DNA from: Chrysomallon squamiferum
Taxonomy: Eukaryota; Animalia; Mollusca
Direction of reading: 5' to 3'
DNA: 64,000 nt
Assembly (NCBI GenBank): GCA_012295275.1
Contig: CM022674.1
Location: 10,230,001-10,294,000, forward strand
Shown: positions 1 to 14,811 of the stretch, one piece after another
Numbering within the stretch: the first letter of the stretch is position 1
Layout of the letters: each line of letters opens with the position of its first letter
Made by a program: the position numbers and the translations under genes
Notes under the pieces: generated by a model
Database searches by the model: none
Told to the model about the DNA's origin: nothing
The model's input: only the letters and a program-made list of their open reading frames with translations

Positions 1-84
1 AGTGGGCTTGAGTATTTCCTTTTACCTTGGATAAAATTATAAATTAAAGAAATTAAGCTAATAATAATGTGGTTTTATTTCCAG

Positions 85-3000
85 AATTATAAGCCTGTTG
101 AAGAAACTGAACTGACTATGGTGGAAACTCTGGAAGACTTGACCAAGATGTTTGAAACACTAAAGCAACAAAAAGAGATAGCTGTGGATTTAGAGGTTCA
201 GAATATCTTCTTTTATTTTAGTTTAGAATATTACTTCCCAGTCCTTACTAGAAAAAAAAGTTAAAAAATTGTATCATTACATTTTACTGAACATAACTGT
301 AGTAAAAAATGGAGGTGATTATTATGTTCACTGATGCAAATATATCCTAGTTTTAATAATAATAATAACACATACAAATTTTAATTTTATATATACTTTT
401 TTTTATTATTTATGTTCTTTAAGAATATGTTCATTCTTTTTACATATGTATGAATATTTGTATAAATAAATCTCATATTTATCAACAACACACTAAAAGT
501 TGTATATCTTTTTGTATTATCAGGAGCATCATTTGAATTCTATGTATTGTTTATTATTATTTTTCATTTTTGATTTTTATAACAATACACACAGAATTGT
601 ATATCTTTTTTCTGTTACATAAAATTCAAATTATGTAGTATATCTTTTTTATTTAAAACACAGGCTCACTCTTACCGGACATTTCAAGGAATAACGTGTT
701 TAATGCAGATATCAACAAGAGAGCAGGACTTCATCATTGACACATTGGCTTTGCGCAGTGACATCTGCATGTTAAATGACATATTCACTGATCCCAGTAT
801 TGTTAAGGTAATATGTAATCTTTTTCTCTGTAAAACATTTAAACAACATATACATTTTTAATTAAATTTTATATCTGAATATTTATTTGATGTAAAAGTA
901 ACTAAAAGATACAAACACTTTTGTATAAATAAAGCTAACTTCTGTTTTTGTAATATTTAATACTTCATTTTAAAATCTCATGAAATAAAAATAAAAATAA
1001 CAGTTTCTGCAGAATTTAAAAACCAAGTTTAAAAGAATAAATTCATTTCTTTTTAAAATCCTTGTATTATAGAGAAGAGGACAAAATTGGATTAATGTGT
1101 TTAGTCAGAGGTGACCATTCATGGCATAATGAGACAACAAGATTTTTATTGTTAGGTTTTTCATGGAGCTGATTCTGATGTAGTGTGGTTACAGCGAGAT
1201 TTTGGTGTTTACATTGTGAACCTGTTTGATACTGGCCAGGCAGCGAGACTTTTGCAACATAGTCGCTTTTCTCTCTCTCACCTTTTACAAGTGTACTGCA
1301 ATCTCACTGTAGATAAACAGTATCAGCTTGCTGATTGGAGGATACGGTAGGTCACATGTAATCTTCTAACCAATGAGATTTAACATATCAACTCTTAAAG
1401 GTATTGAAACATTATAAAATAAAAACTATTATCTGGTTAAGCCTTTGTAAATATATATTAAAGGTATAATTATCTTTATTATAGTATTTAAAAGTGTACA
1501 ATTCATTGTGGATTAGATACTGTCATTTAATTTTATTTTATGTCAATGTGTTTTTATTCAAATGAATGTAATTTAGAAAAATGATTTTAGAATTACATTT
1601 TTGTATATACTTTTTATTATTTTTTAACATTTAGTATATGTTTGTGTCTCTGTGTGTGAATAATTTGTATTAATACCACAGATCTAGCTGATTAATGGCC
1701 CTGGTAAATGCTTCCATGTTTAATCTGATATATGTACAGGATGCTTTGATATTAATTTAATTTAAATAGTTGAGACAGCAGAGTAAATGATATTAACCTA
1801 ATAATGTATGAAGTTTGATATTCGTGCATTGTCCATTACTAAAATTTAAAAAAAATAAAAACAATAACGTTATGTTTTCTTTCCTACTTTAGACCACTTC
1901 CAGACGTTCTGATAAACTATGCTAGAGAAGACACACACTACTTGCTGTACATTTACGACCGAATGAGGAAAGAATTAATAGACAATGGAAATGAACAGAA
2001 AAACCTGCTACATGCTGTCATTACAAAAAGCACACAAATATGCAGAAAGGTATTTTAAAAAACAGTTACTAGATTTTAAGAATATTGTTATCTTTAGGTA
2101 TACCAATCTGGGTGATTCATGTTTTGTATTTTAAGTGTGTGTGTGTGTGTGTGAGTCTGTATTCCAGCATATATCACTGTTCTCAGTTTAGTACTGGTTT
2201 CTTTCACACACTCTCTTTTTTTAATTTTTATACACATGCTGATTCATGGTGTGACAATATCCTGTGGATTAAGAAAAGGATGTTTATGAAATACATTTTT
2301 TGATGGGATGTTTTAATTAACAAAAACTTTTGTTTTATTGTTTAACCATTAACAGCAGGTTTTTACATTGTCCACTGTTTTATTGTTAATTACAGGTGTA
2401 CACAAAGCCAGTGTTTAAGGAAGGTGACTACCTGGAGCTGTACAAGAAAAGTAAAAAAGCTTTCAACTCGCAGCAACTACAGGCACTGAGAAATCTCTAC
2501 AGCTGGCGAGATAGAACTGCTCGTGTTGAAGATGAAAGTATTGGGTCAGTTTTTTACATTTATAAGAAATATAAAATCTGATTTTAACTCTTTAAAACAT
2601 TCTTCCATCATCAGTTAAAAATATCTTAAATACCTTCTCTGTAGAACTGTTTGAATGTGTAACTAATGAATGTGATTATAATTATAGGGTATTATTTGCT
2701 TCAAGTGTCCAAACTAGAAATAACACAATTAAAATTGGTAAAATGTGGAAATGCTCGTATACATAGATTTATATTTTATATTTGTATTGAGTAATATAAT
2801 TTCACATTGTTAATTTGCTGTACATTTATCAACATATATGAATAAAATAAAAACATGAAAGATGTATAAATATTTTTTAAACTATGTTAAGTATTGTTTC
2901 TTTTAGTGACTGAAATGGTATGGTGTTTGTTACTTGTTTCAGTTATGTGTTGCCAAATCACATGATGTTACAGATCAGTTCGATTCTACCACGAGAAAGC

Positions 3001-6000
3001 CAGGGTGTCATAGCCTGTTGTAACCCAATTCCACCCTTAGTCAGACAATACCTCATAGAGTTACACAACATCGTCACAGAGGCCAGAGAGGCTCCGTTAA
3101 CAAAGGTAGTTTACATAAGTAAAAATTTGCACTAATAACGAAAATAAAATTATACATCATTGCATTTAGCAAAAGTAGCTAAGTATTATTTTTTTTGAAA
3201 ATGAAATATCACCTTTATTGAATGTGATTTGTTGATAAAAGATAATAATATATTTATATGGATACAATATATAATTTTTTTTTCAGGTACAAAATATTTC
3301 TGCTCCTAAGCCATCAGTTTATCAACATCCAAAGTATGATGTAGAAAGTTTGTTAAACTGCCCACATGACATGTCACATTCAGCCAAAAATACCTTTTCT
3401 TTATCATCCACCCCTGGTGAGAATTAATACTTTTACAAAATTTATTAACTGTCTTAGTAGTTTTCATCATATTTATTAATTATTTTTTTAATTACTGTTT
3501 TACAAAGCAGGTTAATAATTTCATTAATACAAAGGAATTAAATAACTTTTTAAATAAAAATTAGAAAATATTTTAAAAATAGTTTGGTTTATAACCCTGT
3601 TGTCAGCAAATACTGACATTATGTTTCATAAATGTTCATTAATTTTTTTTTATTTATGAAGAGCATTTAAAGTTCTAGTTTTTTTCCTCCTTTTTTTTAA
3701 TTATATTTGAATTTCAAATCTTCTTTACAATAAAAAAGTTATTCTTTTATCAGAAAGAAAAATAAATGAAAAACTTAAAAAATTAAAAGTTAAAAATAAT
3801 TAAGAGAAAGAAATATTATGTTAATTCATTTATGGGCAATGATCACAAGTTACCTGTTCTTACACGTTACGAATTTGATAAACTTTCAGACTCAAAGTTG
3901 ACAGCAAAGATACCATCAATGTTTGGAGGTGAAAATCATCTCATCATAGTAAAAAGGAAACCAGTTTTAACTGTGTTTGAATGGAATCCTAAAGTAAGAA
4001 AGAAATCTTTTACTGCTGTAATCATTAACTCATATTTACTCTTACAACATAACATCCTGAAATGTTTTTAAGCACTTCTTCATGAACAGAACAGCATTTA
4101 TCATTTTTGAAAAGCAGCCATGATGATATTGTATGATGAAATTTAACTCAGCTGGCTGTACAAACTAGCTATTTTAATTTAAATTAAAAAGATGATAAAT
4201 ATATTGTGTTGGTTTGAAATATTAAAGAATACATAAAAATAGGTTTTTATTTTTTAAATTCCTCATGCTAAGTGATTTTATTATTCCTTTAAATCAAAAC
4301 TAAAAAAAATTACTTAAAATTCATTTTGTATAATACTTTATTTGTAATAATGGATGGGTTTGACTTTAAAAATGTTTTGTATAATGGTCAGTTTCAGAAA
4401 AATGGTGTTTTTACAACAAATGCAAGTGAAAAAGCTCTGCAGATATTGAAATCTTTCTCTAGTCCATTTGAAAAGGTAAACAATCATTATATCTGAAAAT
4501 ATTTTATAACCTTCAAAAATCAAATCTCAGTAAGTATAAATGTGTTTTTTTCAGTTCCTGTTTTACTTTTCAAAAATGTTTATTAGTTGTTTTTTTTTTA
4601 AATAAAAAGATAGAATTATACTAAAACCTTAAAATCTTTTAAAACAGTCCTTGTTGTATATGAATAACTGCAGTGTTTTAATAGAAACTAAAGTAAATTA
4701 AAACCAAGAAATTATATTAAATAAGAAAGAATTATAAACATTTTTAAAAACGTTTTTAATCTTTATTTTCAAGTATTTGCCACCTGAAGCATTAAGTTCT
4801 GCAGACTCACAGGAGAATAAGAAGCAGTCTTCTGATCAAATGGATGAGGTTAATATATTATTATGTTAATATTTTCAACAAAATATTAAACATATTCTTT
4901 AAAAAAATCCTAGTTCAACAACATTTAAAAAACAAATTTGTTATTATTATATTTCATGAAAGAAAATTTGAGACTGTATATCTATTTTGTCTCCTTATAG
5001 ATGGAAAGTCAGTGATTTTATTTAGATACTGGTGGATGTACACAGAAGAAGTAAAATTTATCTATGTATAAATCAGTACATTGTGTTTGTGTCTGAATGT
5101 CCTAGTGAAAAGTAACAGCAATCAGACTGTACATGAATATAGAACATAGCATGTGCATGCACAAGCCTTCACACAAACATACACACACAGATAAAGCACA
5201 GACAAAAGAATGTATGAAATATTAACGTGTGTGTTTTATTTTAAATCTGTAGAAAAGAAAGCCCTCTTGGAGACTGAAACCTCACACAAAACCAAAAAGA
5301 ATAAAGAGAAAAGAGGAAGAAGATAAGATAGATCCAACAACTGGTCAACCACAACATTTATTTTGTAAATATCTTCTTAATCCACAAAAACATACTCTAC
5401 TAAATACAGAGGGAAAATAAATATTTATCAAAGTTTAATTGAGAGAAGCAACTGCTTTTTATAAATTGGTATTGTTATAGTTTTCCTCATATGATTATTA
5501 TTACAAATGTGAATAATATGCATACAAATTTAGGAATTTAAATTTATTTTTTTACCTTTTTTAGCTTTATTTTTAAATAATTTTAATAATTGTATAAATT
5601 TGACTTTTTAATGTGTACAAATGTGTATAAATTGAGAAAACCATGTATGTGGATGTCATTTTTTTTTTAAAAGTGTTTTGGAATTCTGATTTAGTACCAC
5701 CTGTAAAGAAACAGAAAGTTGACACAGTGACAAACCCTGTGATTACAAAGGAGGAAGAAATGACTCAGGTTTCACTAAGACAACAGGTAAAACTGAGTGT
5801 TTTGTAAAATTTAAATTGAGATTTGTCATTTTCCATTATTTCATGATGTCTCTTCATGCATTGGAACGAAAATAAGCATGATACGCTGAATACGTTATTC
5901 ATAACAGGATACCTTGTTTTTAATTCATTTTATGTTAACATAAAATTTGAAATGGCCATTTCTTTACACATAACTTCATCATATTTTATTAATAGTATTT

Positions 6001-7914
6001 TTTATTAATACATTAAATAATTAAAACAATTTACTTGTATAAATAATCTAAATTTAGCCATTTGTTTATACCTCTAACTTGTTTAAAACCATGTTTTATA
6101 ACTGAAGCGTTTTGATGCTATTATAAACTTTGACTTTTAGATACCCTCCAAGAAGAAGAAGAAGAAGAGAAGAGATGACTTGTATGATGCTGAAGATCCA
6201 TACAAACCATCATCACTTGAAAAGTCTGTTCTAGGGAATGATGACATGACCCATGCAGACAGAGAGAAGGAAAAAGAGGAAGACAGAAAGGCACCGAAAG
6301 AGACAAAGAAAAAGAGGAATAAACAGACTGGAGAAGATTTCAAGCCATTTGATTACAGCAAAGCTGACAAATCAGTCTTTGAAGGTAATTTTATTAATTA
6401 TTATATTACTGTATAGTCAGGGCATATACAGTGTTTAAAGTGATTTTCTTGTATTGTAAAACCACAATAAAGTTCATTCTCTTTCAGACTGTACAGTATT
6501 TTCCTTTTTTATAACCATACAGTTTTTACACTGACACTCATACAAAATATAAGATTAATAAATTGAAAACAGACATTTGTGAGTTATTTCATAATTGTAT
6601 TAAGCAAGTAACTGAAGATACTCTGTTTTTTAAATATAATTTTACATATATGATTAATTTTAGTAATACAGTAATACAGTTACCAACAAGGATTTTGATA
6701 TTTTTAGATTCACAGTTTTGTTTATTACAGTCATATATATTTAATCCTGATTACATGCACAATAAAACATTACCCTGGATTATAATTCAAACTGCTTATA
6801 ATCAAAACATGCAAAGGTAATTATAAAAAGGCACACTTAAGGAAATGTTCTCTATGTTCTTATGAATATATGCATATCCTCTGAATTATGATCTTTAATA
6901 TCTCTGTATGAACATGCCTGAACTAATTATGATGTGTCTGTGTTCATGCTTCATGAATTATATTTATAATCTGTCCTTGGACCTTTGTTACGATGATTCT
7001 TCTTTGTCCATTGAAATATTTTAGTTTCAGCAAGATCTCTGCAGCTTGTTTTATCTAATTTATTAACTGATTAAAATGAAAGCATTACGACTTGTTTGTG
7101 TTCTAAATTCTCTTACAATTAATGGTTATGAATTATCATCAGTATTCTTGTGTACAGATTATTACATTGATAATGCCCACTACCACATTTATGTTCACAG
7201 CAAACAAATCTAACACCAGTGATGTTTTTGACCCAAATACAAAACATCGCAAGAAGAAAAATGATAAATCTAGGAAGGTATGAAAATTTTCATGATTTCT
7301 TTCTAGAAAACATATACATATACACAAAGAAATGTATAATATATAAACCTACTAAAACATAAGTTGAAAGTTTTTTAATTAATGAGCCATAATATATATT
7401 TCTGATAAAATACAGTAAAGAGCTACCTGTATCCTTGATGTATAGAATTTTAAGATTTTAATTCCTGTTATAGTAATATGCATTATAAAAATAAATGTTA
7501 TGTATAATTTAACAATTTGTTACAGCTAGTAAATTCCAAGAGTTAATCTGTTGTTATTTTTAGATATATTTTAATATTGTGTTCCAGATAACAAATTCAG
7601 TTTTATTGAACTGTTATTATTATTTCATTATACTTAATGAATATCATAATTAACTACTGTTATTTTTTTCTTCAGTGATTGCAAATTAAGAGAATATTTT
7701 TTTAAGATAAAAAGATGTTTATAATAACTAAGTCGCATATCAAGCAAGGACAACAATTTTTTGCATAACAATCAAGACAAAATAACATTATTGATTGTTA
7801 GCAATTTATATATAATAATAATTAAAAAAAAAAACATTTTTAATTATATATTTTTAGGTGAAGAATCCATATTTTCGTGACAGCCGAAGACAGAAAAGTA
7901 TGACCTTTAGCTAA
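85..7914 (+). CDS. EXOSC10: Exosome complex exonuclease RRP6 / exosome component 10, 5'-truncated by the window edge; 15 exons visible
   Basis: Exons: 85-195, 664-807, 1156-1346, 1893-2049, 2396-2544, 2943-3105, 3287-3416, 3890-3993, 4398-4475, 4774-4848, 5253-5343, 5674(or 5695)-5786, 6141-6384, 7201-7277, 7858-7914 (TAA). The spliced translation has intact DEDD-Y exonuclease motifs (IAVDLEAHSYRTFQGITCLMQIST, VFHGADSDVVWLQRDFG, YQLADWRIRPLP, YAREDTHYLLYIYD). An HRDC domain follows (WRDRTARVEDESIGYVLPNHMM...IACCNPIPPLVRQ), then a Lys-rich C-terminus with FKPFDYSK. The low-complexity exons between 3287 and 5786 are less certain. Confidence 0.95.
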
Positions 7915-8184
7915 GATGTTAAAGTTGGCATCATTTTTAGAAAGATATTAAGTCAGTGTTAAACTCTGACCTTTACCGAAGTCAATATTAATACTTGACA
8001 CAAAATAAGAACTTCCATTCATCATTTATTATCTTAGAAAATGTGAAATGCTATTTCTGGCTACAGTCAAAATCTGTTTTAAATTGAGAATGAATATTTT
8101 CATTTGAGAATTAGAATTTCAATTTGTTAAATGTGAGTAAAAAATTAAAAAAAAAAGAAATGTGTTCAGTATAGCATGAAACAT

Positions 8185-8190
8185 AATAAA
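8185..8190 (+). terminator. Candidate polyadenylation signal of EXOSC10
   Basis: AATAAA about 270 nt after the stop codon, followed by T/GT-rich sequence. Chance hits are common in this AT-rich background. Confidence 0.4.
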
Positions 8191-8470
8191 TTGCTGTAAA
8201 AAAGTCAGCTGACATGATACTGTGTTTTACAATATAAAACATTAATAACTGCCCTTGATGTTTTTTATTCTATTTATTTTGTGTGTGCAGAGACGCATAA
8301 TACATTTCTTTTAACTTTTTACTAAAATGGTTTTACAAATAGTTATTACCATGGTTTCTTTTAACTATAACTCTGTCTCATTTCACCCATGTGCATATGA
8401 AATAGAAATTTATTGTTGGTACAAACAACTTCCTGTTGATATACATTTCTCTGTGTATCTGTGCATGTTC

Positions 8471-11400
8471 TTAAAATGAACCATCAGGATTAATTTTAAT
8501 TACTTGGTTTTCTTTTCTTGCTTTCTCTGCAGCAAAAACCAAAAGATGGCTGCCTAATGTATCATCTGCCCCCGTTAAAATAAGATCAGTGCGGTTTTCC
8601 TGTGAAAATAAAATCATTTATGTGTTGACGTTTAATTATCATGAAATTTCATACAAAAAGAAATAATTTTTATTGTTACTCAGTTTTTCTGAAATAACTG
8701 GGTGAGTCATCATCATTTATTTTTTATTTATTATTATTTTTTTTAAAACACTGAAGAAGAAACTTACAAACACAGCTTTGACAAAAGCATCCATTAAGAG
8801 TGCATCAGACCCACCATGTCCACTTAAACGTCCAGAAGACTTCACCACAAGTTCTTCAGTAGCTGAAATAAATCAGTGTGTTTTTATCTGCTAGATAATG
8901 TTTCCAAAACTAGTTTTGTTACATTTTATTTACCCAGATTAACGTGAATTTTTCTTTGATAGTTCATAGCTAATCATGTGAAATTTTTTTCAAATCAAAC
9001 TTTAAAGATACCTTTCTTTGCTTCATATATTTTTAAAATATCTTTGTTACATTTACAGCAGCTAGCAAGTCGGTTATTCACAATAAAATTATTAAAATGA
9101 TACTAAACTGAAATTTATTTTAAAAATTACTTGTTTGTTCTGTAACAAAGTCAAAAACGTTGATGGTCGCAAATGCCCTTGCATCACAGGTTATTTCCCC
9201 CTGAAACAAATATGAATTTATTGATCAGTCAGTCTCTGTCTGTCTCTGTCTCTCTCTCTCTCGCTGCTTTTCAAACTTTACTTAAACATGAGAGGCATAT
9301 TCCACCGTAATGAATACTTATATACATTAACAAAAAAACAATCTACTCACTTTGGTGCCATACACTTTGACCTCTCGCTCACACAAACGCTTAGTAAAAG
9401 CAACCATAGTCAACGAGGCTGTGGCTCCCCCTTCAAATTGAAAATTGGTTACCTTCGAAACAAAACAGAAAATTACATTATGGTCAAAGTGTTAAGTGTA
9501 GAATCAGTTTTATCTGCTATTAGAAAATCAGTTAATTTCAAAATAAGAAAGAGCTAAATATTAATGAACAACAATATATCAGATATAGTCATTTAAATTT
9601 GACATTATACTGATTACTTTCAAATTTAGTTTTTTACACATTGCTAACAATAAAGCTGTACCTAAATCAACATGTTAAATAGATTATACAGCATGTTATA
9701 AACACATTCAGAAACATGCCACTGAGGATTTTATTCAACCAATGAACTGGTATGAGAATGTATAATATTTGTGATATTAAAATTAAATTATTCCTGATTA
9801 GTTCATGAATATATCTATTTGTATTTTAGTTTTTCCTATATTTCTGAATTACCTGATGTGTCATGACGTCATTATCACATTCATAAACACATCGGCCATA
9901 TGGTCCAGTTTTTAGAGCCTCTGTTATACTTTCTATGTCTGGAACTTCTGTTAAAACACTGACTGGCCAACCTGTAAATCCCTGTTAACACATTTTTAAA
10001 AATAACTTTTATGTTTCTGTTTTTCTTTTGTATTTTCTTTAAAAAACAAAAATAAAAATTTGTTTGTAGAATGTCAAAAAACAGCCCATTAAACAGTAAC
10101 CCATAAAAGTAAAAGGAAAAAGATCATATTATGATATGTGCTGTTTTATGAGTACCCTACAAAGAATTAAACAAATATAATTTTATCTTCAAATAGCTGT
10201 AAAAAGTAATTAATATCAGATACGATGTCAAACTGAAGAAACTTATTAAACTTTCAGATTATCATTTCTGTTACATTTATAAAATACGGGAAGCAATTTT
10301 AAAAGGTTAACAATAAGAAAAAGAAATGGGTGACAATAGGTAATACCAAAGGAAAGATGGTGAAAGATGAATGGTTAAAACAGTGGAATATACTGAGAAA
10401 AGATTTTAAAAAAAACATTGTAGAATAATTACTAAATTACAGTTAAAAAAAAAAGAAGAAAAAAGTAAATACAAAAGAGAAAATTGTAATAATAATAAAA
10501 GGTTATTGTTTGTTTTAATTTATATCTAATATCAAACATAAATCTTAAACTCACTCTCTGTAAATAAAGACGTTTTGCTGAGTAAGGACATTTCAGTTCA
10601 ATTTCTGTAGGACAATCCAAACATCTTGATCCTGATCCTGGAGGCTAGACAGATGGACAGATAGGTTATTATTTCATTTGAAAAATAACATTTTAGAAAT
10701 CCAGTAAAAAGTAGAAATCTGAAAAATGAGAATTACTGGTAGGTTGAAACAGCTGGAACAACCACCAATAAAAAAAAAAAAAAATGGTTCTTACCTTATC
10801 CTCCATTTTGAAATGTGCAAGACTCCCAAATGATGACACAGACACACAACGCTTTGATCCCATCCAGTATTTAATGAGGTCAACATCATGGCAACATTTG
10901 GCCAGCAAAGAGTTACAACTGAGAGCTTCATTTCTCCAATTTCCACGAACAAAACTGTGAGCAAAGTGCCAGTAACCAACCTGCAGATTACAAGTTTAAA
11001 CTTTGCTCTGCATTGCTAAAAAAACACAACTTTAACATCAATACCAAATCTGTGTATTAATGAAAGAGAAGAGAAAATTGGCAAAGATTATTAAGATGGT
11101 AAAGTATGTTAATAAATAAAAAAACAAAATGTACTGGTTCTGTGTGCTGTATATGGACAACATCTCCTATGGCTCCACTGTCAATGATTTCTTTAATTCT
11201 TTTTGACCAGGTTGAATACCTCAGAGTGTGACAGACTGTTAAAATAATGTTGTTGTCTTTACATGTTCTGACAATTTCATGACAGTCACTCGCAGTTACC
11301 TGAAAAACAACCAAAGAATAATATAACAGGTATTGGTTTTAACAATTTATATACAATGAATTTTTAAAAGATAAATAAGCTACAATGTGAATGTGATAAT

Positions 11401-11920
11401 TATAATTAAAAATAATTATTAAAGAAACAAAATAGATATACAAACCTATTCACAGCCTGTGTATTAATTTATTTTTAATTATATGTGTAAATAAAGTAAC
11501 AGACATACAGACATTGGTTTTTCCAGCAGGATATGATAACCCTTTTTAGCAAAGGCAACAGCCGGTTCCTGGAAAGCAGAAGAAAATATCTTTATTTGAT
11601 TGTGTAGTCAGAAAATTAGTGAGTGTGTGTTTTTGTATGTACAGTGAATGTTTGTAGTTTTGTGTGTTTGTAGTGTATGTGTGTGTTTCTTTATGCATGA
11701 TGAGTGCAGTGTAATGTGCGTGTGTTTGTGTGTAAAGTGAATGTGGAATGTGTTTCTCAGTGTATAGTTACTGCTTGTATAGTTGTGTTTCTGAATGTTT
11801 AGTGACTATAGTGTTTCTGTGTGCATACTGAGTCTGTGTGTAGTGAATGATTGTAGAGTGTTTGTTTCTGTGTGTATAATGAGTAGAGTGTACCTGTTTC
11901 TGAATGTATAGTGGGTGTTT

Positions 11921-11952
<32 letters not shown>

Positions 11953-13545
11953 CTTGTGTGTGTGTTTCTACTTTGTGTAATGTGTGCTTGTAATGTGTGT
12001 GTGTCTGGGTGTACTGTGAGTGTAGTGTGAGTGTGTTTCTGGTGTATAGTGAGTATTTGTAATGTGTGTTTCTGTTTAAAGTGTGTGTGTATGTGTGTAT
12101 GGTTCTGTGTTGTATAATGAGTGCTTGTAGTGTGAATCTGTGTTTTTGGGGTATAGTGACTGTAGTGTGTATGTTTCTGGTGTATATTGAGTTCGTGTGT
12201 TTCTGTGTTGCATAATGTTTGTAGGGTATCTGTTTTTCTGGATGTACAGGGTATGTGTTTGTGAGTCTAGTGAGTGTTTGTAGTGTGTCTGTGTTTTCTG
12301 GAATATAGTAAATGTCTGTTTATGTGTATTTGTGATGTTCTGTGTTGCACAATGAGTGCTTGTAGTGAATGTATGTGTTTCTGGTCTATACTGACTGCTT
12401 GAAGTGTGTGTGTGTGTGTATTTTTCTGTGTGACTTCTGTGTTTGTTTATGTATGGTAAGTGTTTCTAGTGTCTTCTGTGTGTGTGTATGTGTGTATGGT
12501 AAGTTTCTAGTGTCTTCTGTGTGTGTATGTGTGTATGGTAAGTTTGTAGTGTACATCTGTGTTTCTGTGTGTGTATAGTGAGTGTTGCAGTATGTGCATT
12601 TTTCTGAGTCTATAGTGAGTGTAATGTGTGTGCATTTCTGTGTTGTATAATGAATGTTTGTAATGTGTGTGTGGTTCTGTGATCTATAATGAGTATGAGT
12701 ATGTGTGTGTGGTTCTGTGTATATAATGAGTAGTGTGTATCTATGTTTCTGGGTGTATAGTGAGTGTAGTGTGTGTATGTTTCTGGGTGTATAGTGAGAT
12801 TTTGTAGTGTGTGTGTATATTTCTGGGTGTATAGTGAGATTTTGTAGTGTATGTGTGTGGTTTTCTGGGTGCATAGTGAGTGTAGTGTGTGTGTACGTGT
12901 CTGTATTTATTTCTATGTTTGTGTTGTATATTGATTGTTTATTGTAAGTATCTGCTTCTGGGTGTCTGGTGAGCATTTGTAGTGTGAGTGTGTTTCTCTG
13001 TGGGTGTTGTGAGTATTTGTAGTGTAAATCTGTGTTTCAGTGTGTATAGTGAGTGTTTGTAGCATGTATGTTTCTGGTGTATAGTGAGTGCTTGTAGTGT
13101 GTGTGTGTGTGTGTGTGTGTTTCTGTGTTGCATAGTATTTGTAGTGTGTGTGTTTCTTTGTTGCATAGTATTTGTAGTGTGTACATTTTTCTGGGTGTAT
13201 AGGGTGTGTGTTTGTGTATATAGTGAGTGTTTGTAGCATGTACATGTTTATTTCTATGTGTATAGTGATTATGTAGTGTGTGGTTCTGTGTGTATAATAA
13301 GTTTGTAGTGTGTGTGTGTGTGTCTTTCTGGTGAATAGTAGTGTAGTGTGTATGTGTTTCTGTGTTGTACAATGAGTACTTGTAGTGCATGTATGTGTTT
13401 TTGGTGTATAGTGAGTGTTTGTAGTGTGTGTGTGTATGTGTTTCTGGTGTATAGTAAATGTTTGTAGTGTGTGTGTATGGTTCTGTGTTGTATAATGAGT
13501 GCTTGTAGTGTGAATCTGTGTTTCTGGTGTATAGTGAGTGTTTGT

Positions 13546-13579
<34 letters not shown>

Positions 13580-14759
13580 TGTGTGTGTGTCTTTCTTGTG
13601 AACAGTGAGTGTAGTGTTTGTGTTTCTGATATATAGTGAGTATTTGTAGTGTGTGTTTGTGTATAGTGAGTGTAGTGTGTGTCTGTGTATGTGTGTGTTT
13701 GTGTGTGTGGGTGTTTCAAGTGTCTTCTGTGTATGTGTGTGTGCAGTGAGTATTTGTAGTGTAAATCTGTGTTTCAGTGTGTATAGTGAGTGTTTGTAGC
13801 ATGTATGTTTCTGGTGTATAGTGAGTGCTTGTAGTGTGTGTGTGTGTGTGTGTGTGTGTGTTTCTGTGTTGCATAGTATTTGTAGTGTGTGTGTTTCTTT
13901 GTTGCATAGTATTTGTAGTGTGTACATTTTTCTGGGTGTATAGGGTATGTGTGTATATAGTGAGTGTTTGTAGCATGTACATGTTTATTTCTATGTGTAT
14001 AGTGATTATGTAGTGTGTGGTTCTGTGTGTATAATAAGTTTGTAGTGTGTGTGTGTGTGTCTTTCTGGTGAATAGTAGTGTAGTGTGTATGTGTTTCTGT
14101 GTTGTACAATGAGTACTTGTAGTGCATGTATGTGTTTTTGGTGTATAGTGAGTGTTGTGTGTGTGTGTATGTGTTTCTGGTGTATAGTAAATGTTTGTAG
14201 TGTATGTGTATGGTTCTGTGTTGTATAATGAGTGCTTGTAGTGTGAATCTGTGTTTCTGGTGTATAGTGAGTGTTTGTAGAGTGTGTGTGTGTGTGTGTG
14301 TGTGTGTCTGTGTGTGTGTCTTTCTTGTGAACAGTGAGTGTAGTGTTTGTGTTTCTGATATATAGTGAGTATTTGTAGTGTGTGTTTTTGTGTATAGTGA
14401 GTGTAGTGTGTGTCTGTGTATGTGTGTGTTTGTGTGTGTGGGTGTTTCAAGTGTCTTCTGTGTATGTGTGTGTGCAGTGAGTATTTGTAGTGTATATCTG
14501 TGTTTCTGTGTGTATAGTGAGTGTTTGTGGTATGTATATTTTTCTGAGTGTATAGTGCACGTGCGCACGCGCACGTGTGTTTATGTGCATTTCTGTTTTG
14601 TATAATTAGTGTTTCTAGTGTGCATGCATGTGGTTCTGTGTTGTATAATGAGTGTTTGTAGTGTATGTGAGTGGCTCTGTGTATATAATGAGTGTAGTGT
14701 ATCTGTTTCTGGGTCTATAGTGAGGTTTGTAGTGTGTTTGGTTGTGTACCTGGTATATA

Positions 14760-14811
<52 letters not shown>

